Positions 51,171-62,619 of a DNA stretch of 64,000 bases are shown here, in pieces. Positions within the stretch are counted from its first letter, which is position 1. The number at the start of each line of letters is the position of its first letter. Source of the DNA: Saccostrea cucullata (lineage: Eukaryota); assembly GCF_032062105.1 (NCBI RefSeq), contig NW_026930802.1, forward strand, positions 1-64,000, read 5' to 3'. Under the pieces are notes generated by a model that saw nothing but the letters and a program-made list of their open reading frames with translations, did not search any database and was not told where the DNA came from. The position numbers were made by a program, and so were the translations under genes.

Positions 51171-53804
51171 TTCATTCGGTTGGTTTGAAGGTACAGTTTC
51201 ATCATGTAACTTTAATTCTAAAAGAATAATATACCAAACGCATTTCAATTAACAGATAACATATGCGAAACAACTTCCTGTACAGCAACACAGAGTTCAA
51301 CAATGGATTGTCTAGAAGCAGATAGAGTGATTGACGGAAAAGTCTACCAAAATGATCGAAATTGTTCACATACGGCTTTAAACAAATCGGTTGCATGGTT
51401 GATGGTGGACTTTGGCAAAGAATTTCAGATGAAAAATGTTGTAATCTAATACAGGGATGAACGTAAAAGTATGTATTTCTTTGAGCTTGTTTATCTAAAA
51501 CACATTGTACGAGTACAGTTTTGGTTTTTAAAATTTTACTTAAAAATTTCAAAAATATCAGTTCCAAACTTGGTTTTATTTTTGGAACTTTGTTAAAAAA
51601 TCTTTTGGTTAAGCAAAGAAAAAAAACATTTTAGATTAAATGTTTTAGATATTTGAAGTAAAATTCTTAAAAGTTAAAGAATTTTGGTTTTTGAAATTTG
51701 AATGTTTAAATCAAAATTCTTATTAATTCTAAAAAATCAGAAACGTTTTGAAAGTTGAAATTTAGAAGTTTGAAGTAAATTTTAAATATAAGAATTCGGG
51801 AACTGGTACTGAACTTTAGATTGTTATGTGTAACCTTTCTAAACCATTGAGAGATTGAAAATTCAAAGTTTGAATAACCCATTTTTGAAAATTTGAACTC
51901 TGAGTATTTTAAATAAAGAAAAATAAAAATTTATACATTTTTGACGTGTTAAGATATTTGAAAATTTAAATTTTTGATCCAAAATGTTTAATATCAATAA
52001 ACGAAATTAGTTTTAGTTTTTGAAGTTTAGAAATGTGGACTAAAGTATTTGATTTGTGAAACTAAATCAAAACTAAATTGTAGAAATTTGAATTGATAGG
52101 TGTTATATTACGCGGACACAATCCAAGTAAAATACAGAGTAAAATTTAGATAACTAATTTATTTCTGAAATATTTATGATATTAATCAATTCTTCACTTT
52201 GTGGAACAACTGAAAATAAAAAAAAAATCCAGTATGTTATGCTTTACAGAAAAATCTCCTTTTAACTGGAAACCGTTCTGATTCCGAAAATACAGATTAG
52301 AGATATCTAATTACTCGAATACACAAAAGTGGATGATTTATTACAAAGGTTACACATCATACCCTGTTGTGTCTCCAAGTATACAGACTATTTCATGTGA
52401 GAGAAAAGCCAGATACATAAGAATAATTACAACGTATGATGCTCCAGAAGATAAGCCAATCATGGGCGCTGTACTTGAAACATGTGAAATTTAAGTTTAT
52501 GGTAAGAACAATTTCTTATATTCGTCAATTTAAAAAGCTATATGTATGTTATTCATGACTATTATTTATATATAAGCATCAAAGTTTTTGGAATACTTTT
52601 CCTTTTGACAAACTAAGAATAATTTTAATTTCATTCAGACCTGCGTACCCTTCCGCTTTTGGTGTAATTCTTCCGCTTTTTAACAAAAAATTAAGCTATT
52701 GCGTGAAGAAAATCAATTTCATGCAATGAGATACCTGCCTACTTAATGAAATATTATTTTTGGGGTTAAAGTAATGTGTTTTTTGATGAATACAAGAAAT
52801 AGCTATTTTTGGAGGGTTTCGGTTCTTCATAATATAATTGATAACGACACAAACAACATAAGTAGTATAGTGACATCTACAATGTGACGTCAATTAATAT
52901 TTAAGTCCTTTAATATCAAAACAACATGGAGAAAGTAATTCGGTTAAAATTAATATATATTTGTGAGCGTCAATGTTCCTTTGATTTCTTCATTTCGCCT
53001 TAACAGTACTGCTGTTTTTTGCAGGATGTGATTTAAATCATTACGAACAAAATTGCTCCCAGGAATGTAGTGCAAACTGTGTTTTGCAGGCGTGTAACAT
53101 CTTCACTGGTTTTTGCACTTATGGATATAAAAACGAATTCTATTCATCAAAGTGTGATAAGACATGCAGCCTAAATTGTACAAATGGATGCGATAGAATC
53201 AATGGTTTATGGAATTCTGAATGCATTTTTGGAAAATTTGGCGCTGATTGTCTCAAGACCTGTGGCGCTGAGTGTATTTCCGGTTGCAATCAATCCGATG
53301 GGAGCTGTACTTGTAAAACAGGATGGCAGGGACGTAATTGCGATGGTAAAACCACTAAATAATAAAACTAACACTACAAAAATTCTAGAATAGGACATCT
53401 TTGAATAGTCATTATTAGTTATATAAAAATGAGTTCATTTAAATCTTACACATACATTTTAACACTTGATGAGAATAGGATGACTTCTGATCGATTGCTA
53501 CACATATTTTCAGCATTTCAAAATTTAGTTCAATAAAATTTTTAGTATCATATTAAACTAAAATTTCACTTTCATACAATCAACTATACCTTTAGGATAA
53601 CACAATGATTTACTGTTCAATCTTCACTTCCCTTACTTATACAGCAGTATGACTTCATAACCTGCCTGCGGGGTATATACCTCTTAGTTGATTCGATAGA
53701 CAAGCTCAGGTTCTACGTACATAACATTTCTTAAAACGAGGTCAGTTTTTCAAAAACAGGTTGGTAAACGAGAATATTGGCAGTTTAAGGTCACAAGTTT
53801 TATA

Positions 53805-55450
53805 CCCTAACAAAAAATACTATAGTAAACTATAGTTAAGTAAAGTCTACTATACTTAAGTATAGTAAATCAAAGTTCCAAAGTTTTCACCATAGCAAAT
53901 CAAAGTTCCAAAGTTTTCTCCATAGTAAATCAAAGTTCCAAAGTTTTAACTATAGTAAATCAAAGTTCCAAAGTTTTCACTATAGTAAATCAAAGTTTCA
54001 AAGCTTTTGCCATTATAGTAAATCAAAGTTCCAAAGTTTTTACTATATTTAATCAAAGTTCCAAAGTTTTCACCAAAGTAAATCAAAGTTGCAAAGTTTA
54101 TACCATAGTTTTTCTAAGTTCCAGAGTTTTTATTATAGTAAATCAAAGTTTTAATTTTTTTGTTATAAAAGTTCTGCGGTGAAAGATATATTATACGATA
54201 ATACTTTCCACGCCCCTTCATATATCACTGCAGGAGGAAGAATCAGGTCATGAGAAAAAAAACTGATTTTATTTCACAAGTTCATAACCACAGAAAAATG
54301 AACATGTATAGCTATTTCTTAGCCGTTAACTAAATTAAAATACATGTATTTAACTCGGTTGAAAGTTCCCAAAGTTTTTCCATTTTGAAAATTTGAAAGT
54401 TACGGTAAAATCTAACTTTTTATCGTTAAACTCCTTGCTATTTGTTTCTGTGAATTTTTTTGTTATATGAATCTTTTTTTTACTTTGACACTCTCAATGA
54501 AATTTACGTCATCAACTTATAGTATTGGTTAGTTAAATCCACGCCCCATGAAAGTTTTTCTTCTATGATGTAACCTATACAACTTATACAGTTAAATTAA
54601 GTTTTTCTTATCATTTAACTTTTTTTAGTTGAATGATATTTGGTTTGTTGGGGCTGTTTTTTGTTGTTCATCTTAATTTTGATATGCAAAGTAATTAATT
54701 TAAATGCAATGTTTACATTTAACAGTGGAAAAAAAAGTGTTGACTGAAGCTTATGAAGGAATTTTTTTTTTTTATTCTTAATGACGCATATTATATCTTA
54801 TAGTAATATTTTCTCCATATATGACTTACATTTTATCGGCACAACATTAAAATTAAATACATTTAAATAAATATTGCTAATTTGTTGGTGCAAGAGACAA
54901 TTTTTACCTTAAAATTCAATACCTGTACACTATTCTTCTAAGAGAAGGGTCTTTTTTTTTTAAGTTCTCTGAAGCTTTTATGAATCTTAACCTTGAAATT
55001 TCAGAAAATGTACAGAATCGGAAAAAAGAACATAATTCCACTGGTTTTTTAGTACTCGATCAAAGTTTCAAAGTTTTCATCATAGTAAATCAAAATTCCA
55101 AAGTTTTCACAATGGTAAATCAAAGTTCCAAAGTTTGCACTACAGTAAATCAAAATTCCAAAGTTTTTATCATAGTAAATCACAGTTCCAAAGTTTTTAC
55201 GATAGTAAATCAAAGTTCCAAAGCTTTCACTATAGTAAATCAAAGATTTAAAGTTTTTACTAAAGTAAATCAAAGTTCCAAATTTTCTCCATAGTAAATA
55301 AAAGTTCCAAAGTTTTTACTATAATAGTAAATCAAAGTTCCAAAGTTTTCACCATAGTAAATCAAAGTTCCAAAGTTTTAACTTTGGTACTATAGTTAAC
55401 TATAGTAAACTATAATTAACTAAAGTTTACTATGGTATTTTTTGTTAGGG
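53805..55450. mobile_element. TIR element with internal 30-bp tandem arrays (ATAGTAAATCAAAGTTCCAAAGTTTTCACT)
   Basis: ta|CCCTAACAAAAAATAC ... GTATTTTTTGTTAGGG|ta; arrays at ~53860-54150 and ~55055-55385. Confidence 0.8.
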
Positions 55451-55660
55451 TATTTATATCCACTGAATATTTTCTCCTTTATTTGTTAAGAAAACCCATA
55501 GCCATTATTCAGTGCATGAACAACACTAGGCACATATATAACCTGTTCTGATTTCTTGATCAGTTCCATCAATGAAACGTACAAAGACGGACGTATCATT
55601 AATACAATAATTAATGTTTTTAATCCTACATTAAAAAATTAATTAAACAGGCATACATAT

Positions 55661-55823
55661 AAACAATAAAATGTCTTTCTTTGGTTGTTAGTACGGGAGT
55701 GAATGTTGCAGATATCGCAGAAAAAATTACATAACCCGCTTACGCAGGCTATGTATTTTTTTTCTGCAACAGCTGCTGTATTCATTCCCGTACTAACAAT
55801 AAAAAAAAAACATTTTATTGTTT
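55661..55823. repeat. Imperfect palindromic element
   Basis: aaacaataaaatgt..ttgttagtacggga..gcagaaaaaattacata / tatgtattttttttctgc..tcccgtactaacaa..acattttattgttt. Confidence 0.75.
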
Positions 55824-58800
55824 AATTAAGTTTTATGGTCGATACATCGTCCCTGTCAGTATATACAATTTATCATTAAGTGAAAAGCTGAATGACGCTT
55901 TGATACTTATTGATAGTCCATTATTTAGACACCTATTTGTTGACGATTTTTTTTCTTTATTTCCCGATCATGACAAGGAGCACACGGCGGGTATGACTGG
56001 TTAGCATGGGATGCACACTCATTCATGGTAACTGATCCCACCTCTGATGTTTTGGAAGTCCGTGTATGCTGAGCTATTTTTTGATGGACTTTTGAGCTTG
56101 AATACTGTTCATTATCTCTATATAATTTAAACATGCATTACTTATACGTCATACCAAAAAAAAAATCATTAACTGGTAAATTTGGTTAAACTTTACAATA
56201 GCATCTAAGGCAAAGAGGCAAACAACCACTAAAAATTTTCAGTGTTATTGAAAATAATAACAACACTATCTATTCGATTGTCACATTCGAGGATTCCTGA
56301 ATAATAACTACCCCCTCGTACGATTGAGAGGAGAACAATAGGGGTGTAAATACTATTGATTTTAATAATATTGTCATTCATTTCTTTCAATTCTAAATTT
56401 TAAAATTGAAAAGCTTTGATAATAATATGGTAGAAAAACAACTAAGAGATACACAAAAACCAGTCACATGTAGCAAAACAGAAATGTTATTTGTCTGTAC
56501 ATGTGTATACCAATGGAGAAAATTTATAAAAACACATATTTATTTTTAGAAAATTCAAAATAACTCTCGTCTTTTTATCTTTTTATAGAAAGCAGTCAAA
56601 CTCATTACGGACAACGGTGTAATAAACTTTGCAGTCTAATCTGTCTGAATGGAGTTTGTTTTTCAAACAATGGTTCCTGTAAAGAGGGTTGCGATATTAA
56701 CCTCTATGAAACTAATCGCTTGCATGGTAAAACACATTTTTGACATTTTAGCGAAAAGAAAAAAAACTACAACAAATAATCATCATATCAGATTTTTTTT
56801 TATTAATAGTTGTATATCCCTTTTCTTTTTCATTAGAATCAAATAGTTTTTCAAACACAGAGTCAGCTCTATATGGAGTCGCCACAGTTTTTCAGTCTGG
56901 TAAGTTTTCATTAAAAATAGATCTCATTTACATGTACACTGTAAATAGGAAACTCATTCTTAGAATAAAATAGAAAGAGAAATGGATGGGATTTCTACCT
57001 ATATTTTCCCTAAAAAAGTTTTTCTGTGCATGTTTTTTTTTCATTATAAAACAGGAAAGTAAGACAAACAATTGGTCAAAGAAAAGACTCCCAAAAGCAA
57101 CGCAACCTCTATTACTCATCGAGCAACGAAGATACAGCAGCTGTAAATGAAGCTTCGGAAGAAAACGCAGGTAACCAGGGACGTGGACAATTAAGCCAAA
57201 CCGCGCATTACGATGAACTCAAGTGATTTTGGGCTTGAATTGTAATCGGTTTTCAAGTTTAATTAAAGGAGTTTTTAGTAAACTGAAAAAATGCATATTT
57301 TGATAGCTTACATATCATATTGCTTATACATGGTACATTGTATTATCGTGAGTACTTTCAGAGAACAAAGTTAATTTGTTTTATTTGTTTACTTATTTTT
57401 TTCTATTTCGTTTTTCTAATAAAACATTTTCATTTGCTTTCCTTTAGATTTAAGAGTGTGTGATGAAATGTAGGAATAAAATTATAATTTCAAAGAGAAT
57501 TAGAGGATATAAACATGTCTAATCCGGCTTTTTTTTAATCAAGAGATCCATTGCTATAGAAACAAACACCCAAAAGGAAGGACATTCAATAAAAAAAAAC
57601 TTATTTAAAATTTCATTTTAAAATCTAGCAAGTTTTCTGATGCCCTTCGTTGTTATCATGTACGTACAATAATGCTTGAAATAAATATATAAAATAAAGA
57701 ATTTCTTTTTTAAGAAAAGGAAGTTTACAGAGCTTAGAATTACTCTTTACTCGCCAGAAATCAGGTATTGTGAACTCCTTGTTATCTCCTCACAAAAAAG
57801 CAAGAAAGCAAACAAGGAAATATTTTATGATTCTATAACTGTGAGACGATTTGCTATCATTCAATGTTTTTGGGGTTCTCTAAAGACGAGCATAATAAAG
57901 TGCAATATGCACAAACACTATGATATGTATTAAGGTATTCTATGTATGACACACTACAGTATCCTTACCAAAAGCAGAATTGTATAAAGTGATTAACATA
58001 ATGTTTACAGAAATTCCTAAGAAAGGAATGTGTTCCATGAAACAATCAGAAATCAATCTTGTTATGAGCATCGCAAAATTGAGAATAAATCGAACATGGG
58101 ACCCCTAGAAACACAACGCGTTTGTCAGATACATACATGTAGAAGGAGCAATCATCCTTCCTTGAAAGTTTATATCCATTGTCACCCATCTGTTTTGATC
58201 AATTAGGTGAACAATCCATAATCAAAATAATCGAAAATTATTGTATTTGAATAACATACAATATAATTTAAGACTTGTTTTATGTGTCGAAATAAACCGT
58301 AGTTTTATGAAAAGAGTGTCAAATCACGAATTATTCCGGTTAGGTTATTAAATCGTAAAATAAAATAATTTAACTTTCGTTGGTAAAGGAATGTAAATGG
58401 ATGTTTAAAAACGAATCGTGGTCAAGCCAGAAGTCACAGTACTGTTTATTTGAATGTGGAAATTATCCGTAGGTGTTAGAAATCTAGTAGTAACTTCCAA
58501 CAGTTAGTTTTATAAAAAAGAAGACAGGATTCCTTAAACATTGCATTAAAAGACAGATTATGCCATTATTCTCTCGAATAGCAGATGTAAAATTTTAACA
58601 GCAGCGGAAGTTTCATATCTTTTTTTATCGTTACATGATGTTGTAATTAGGGAAGGACCAACCAGAAAGATAGACGTGAGTGTATGTTTCAGTTTATGAA
58701 ACCTACTCGATCTCTTTAAATAAGTATCATCTCTTCAAACAAAATGTGGTAATTCTACAACGAACATCAATTTCTATTCGTGTAATCAAGAACTGCGTAA

Positions 58801-59803
58801 TATATTAATCTTGACCGACAACAAGATTAGTCATTTTTAAGTAGATGACAATTCTTGAAGCAATATATGGCGTATCTGAGCTAAAATAAATATGAGATTG
58901 AATGTAGATTTACATGATATTTGTTATGTACAATGTACGTTCAAATTTATTTTGAACTAAAGTATAATCACATTTCTATTGACTTTAAACTGTGTCTGCT
59001 ATTTAATTCCGAGTTGGAAATAAATCGGTTATTGTTTTAAATATTTGAAATCTATGAAATAAAATTGATTAAAATTGTGTAATAATTTACAGGAAAGTCC
59101 CGTCTTTATATAAAGAAACAAAACAAATGGAAATATCTATTTGATTTTATTTTGCCTGAACTTGTCAAAAATACGCCGCATATGACTTTATGATTTGTAT
59201 ATTTTATCTTTATTTTTATAATTCTTTATGGAAACACTTAAAACACTTGTATGAATAAACATTTATTTTCCTTGCAGGTCGCTAATTGTAACTGTAGAAA
59301 ATGAATCATATCTAAATCATCTTTTATATACATGTAATTGATAATGGATTTTACATGTAGGAAAAATAAGGGGGGAAATTAAAATGAGATATTTTCATCA
59401 TTGGACATCGTCATGTAAACCTGTGTGTACTTTTATCAATTGATGCGTATATGACATTCTTGAGACTTTTATCATGTATCTGCGTATTTCTTTTTATTCT
59501 TTACCTGAATACCTCAATTGTACCTAAGTTATGCCCTTTAGCTGCTATCACTTATAAAACATCAAAACCACTGTTTTCAAATATATTGAAAATCAAATCA
59601 AGATTTCAACCTTAAACAGGCCTTTATACATCTTTTTAAAGTAACACAAATTTTCTTTAGGACCGGCGTATATGCGAAAATCGGAGTGGCTACTTTAAGA
59701 TACACACTTGACAATCAAGGTTTATAACGCAGTGTAATTCTTAATTCTGTAAAGAAAAGGAAAAAAAAATAAGGGTATATCTTATTTTATTTCCTTATTT
59801 GAG

Positions 59804-62619
59804 ATGGCTGACCTGTGTGCAATGTTGGTTGTTTTATTGCTAGGAACTTTCCATTGTTACGGTAAGTAACTCTTCTATTTAAAAATTTTTTGCTCTGAAT
59901 TGTATTTTTAATATTTCAATTCATTGTTCCATTGATTTCACTTATTCAAAAAAAAAATGTTTAGAGAATGAAGCTTTTACTGAATGGCAAATTTATTCAT
60001 ATTACCTTTGGTAACAATAGATTCATTATCTGAAAATTTTGGAAATTAACATACATGCTTATTGATTAGTTTTTATAAGCATAATAATCGTTGCCATATT
60101 TGCCTTTTCAGTATTACTGCAAACATTTTCTATGACAAAATTTCATTTTAAAGGTATTAAAGAAACAATAATATTTTTAAATCATAAATTCATAAGATCG
60201 ATGTATTAACTGATGAAGAATATATAAATAAATTGATATTAGATTTTAAGTAAATAAGGGCACTGCAGGAGGAACGTCCCCTCATAGCATTTGACATCGA
60301 TTGCAATGGAAATTATGTTACTTCCGTTTTGCACATATTTAAGTTACTCACCCACAAACGAGCATATATGACTGCGTTACTGTATCCCATCTTTAAAAAG
60401 ATACCTAATGAATAACTACACAGTCACTTGAATTTGAACAAGTGTAGAAAATTTAAGCAAATTTTATTACATTCATTTATTATCTAATCGATATAATGTA
60501 ATGTGATTACATGAAATGTAATTGAAATATCATATTTAAAATATCATTAAAACAGGGAGTATCTTTATTTAGACTTGGTCATATGCAGTCCTAATTGTGT
60601 AGATATGCTTTTCGATCGGGAAGGAAAATGCATTCGAGGATGTAATCGGGGATATTGGGGAGACAAATGCGAGAAGAACTGTCCATCGACGTGTTCCGTG
60701 AGAGGCTGCAATAGAGCTAACGGATTCTGCAATTGTTGCATCGACGGTCACTATGGAGATAAATGTGAAAAGAGTTGTTATTTGAGTTGTTCTGGACGAA
60801 GTTGCAACAAAGACACGGGCGACTGTACAAATGGATGTGTGGCAGGAAAATACGGATCTAACTGCCAATTCAGCTGTGGTAAATGCAGCACTGGAAAATG
60901 TGAAAGAAATACTGGATATTGTGAAAACTGTGAAACAGGCTACTTCGGCCGAAAATGTGAAAGAAAATGTAGCGAAAATTGCCTCAATCAGGAATGTGGA
61001 AAAATGGATGGACACTGTAATAATGGTTGCTACAAGGGTTTTTATGGTTTTTTATGTAATATGTCATGCAGAGAAAATTGTGTACAAACAAAGTGCATCC
61101 AAAATAATGTTTGCATTTACGGATGTAAAACAGACATGGCAGGAAATGAATGCAATAGTAAGTTTTTGAAATAAACTTTTTTTTAAATTTATAAATTAAA
61201 TGTTCATTGCATTATACAACAAGCAAATGATCTTACAAAATGGTATATCATATTTTGGTTAATTCAGATATATTTTTCACCATTTATCGTAATTCAGTTG
61301 TAGAAAATATACAATTTGTTTAAGTTTTCCTATGAATATTTAAAACCTTTAGCTACTCATATTTTTAAGGTTATGTAACCATGTTTACGAACAAATAATT
61401 TTTAAATTTTTAATTTTTCTCCAGGCAAAAGCCTGCGATATTAGTTATCTGTTTTCACGCAATGATATCAGTATTTTACTAGAGATTTAAAACAAATTTG
61501 GATATTTGGTTTATAGAATAAAATGTGGAAGGAAAATTTACCTTTCAGGAGATACATAAAGTTCAAAGTTTAAAAGGATCGATACACACTATGGTCTAAA
61601 GAAAGTACTTTTTTTCCTTCTACATTTTTAAAACAACATACAAGCACACAAAATTACTCTGATTACTGTGAATGTATAAAAGGAAGTTGAATTTTAAATA
61701 GAAACTGGCAATTCGCTTTCCTCTTTAAAAAAGTATAAAAAATAATTTTTTTTTCGTTCATTTGTTTCTCTTATTTAGATAGGTCCTGTATTCCAAACAA
61801 TGGGTCGTGTATGGATCGCGTCAAACAAAACACTTACGTTCATGATGGCAAACAAAGTTCAGGTAAAGAGGCTTTATATTAAAAAAAAATATCTGCAGGA
61901 AAAAGTTTACTGGTAACACCAGAGATATTAGATTAAGCTTTATAGACACAAGTATCAGCAGGAAATCTAAATTATGAGTTCTGTCAGATAATTTCAGATT
62001 TAAAAGATTTCTTTTTTTAGAAATTTGAAGACAAATTAAAATGCCAATATCTGTCAAAGAGCAGTATACGAAATGTTTTTAGATATTATAATTTCTGTGG
62101 AGTGATAAAAGGGTTGACAAAATCATGATTAATTAATCTAAGCATTAAAATAAAAGAAAATGTATCTTAACTTGTTTTTACTTCCAACACAAACGTTTTC
62201 CTTTCTATTAAAGTAATCAACGTGGCATCGAAGAAGTTTGCAGTCAAAGTTTTGTTCGGAATCATTGCCATTATCATTACCTTAATATTGCTTAGTGTAT
62301 TTCTTATTGTAAGGTGAGTAGAATTTCAGTTTATTATTAAAGTACATTGTATTGTAGGTACCATAAAAATAAATAATAAAAAGCAGAAAAAGAACATTTA
62401 CGTAGGTTTCCAAGTATTGTTTGATTTTCTAATCAGTAGTTAATCAGCAATTTCTGTCTTTTAGTGGTACGTTTATTTTTTAGGAAAGTCAGACAAAGGA
62501 GGAACCAGATTTTAACCAGAGGGGCAAACGCAGAAGTGACAGACAAAGTGGAAAACATCGCAGGCTACCAAGAACTAGGACAATTAAGTCAACCCTCCCA
62601 TTATGAAAAACTCAAATGA
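59804..62619 (+). CDS. Gene E: short type I receptor, signal peptide + EGF repeats + TM + ITAM-like tail (about 320 aa)
   Basis: Exons 59804-59861 (MADLCAMLVVLLLGTFHCY), 60573-61157 (585 nt EGF), 61779-61862 (half-EGF stalk), 62214-62313 (TM VLFGIIAIIITLILLSVFLIV), 62484-62619 (..AGYQELGQLSQPSHYEKLK*); open frame. Confidence 0.82.

Larger units (their letters stand above)
51256..57226 (+). pseudogene. Gene D: pseudogenised paralogue of gene B (F-type lectin + EGF + remnant TM + half-ITAM)
   Basis: Exons 51256-51462 (one TAA), 52250-52501 (TGA, TAA), 53025-53345 (96 nt shorter than in B/C, Cys losses), 56589-56726, 56837-56899 (TM truncated, out of phase), 57055-57226 (AGNQGRGQLSQTAHYDELK*). 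Signal exon not found. Confidence 0.8.

Noticed and set aside
54980-55294. Repetitive 104-aa ORF (VNQSSKVFTI)n
   Set aside because: Translation of a 30-bp minisatellite inside a TIR element.
32560-61169. Alternative-frame and antisense ORFs overlapping EGF exons (e.g. 33852-34235, 33870-34208, 60569-61015, 60831-61169)
   Set aside because: Shadows of Cys-rich coding exons with no independent motifs.
21636-62619. Assigning symbols MEGF10/MEGF11/SCARF1/ced-1
   Set aside because: No EMI domain or NPxY motif seen, and tails are short; similarity is limited to EGF repeats, so orthology is unsupported.
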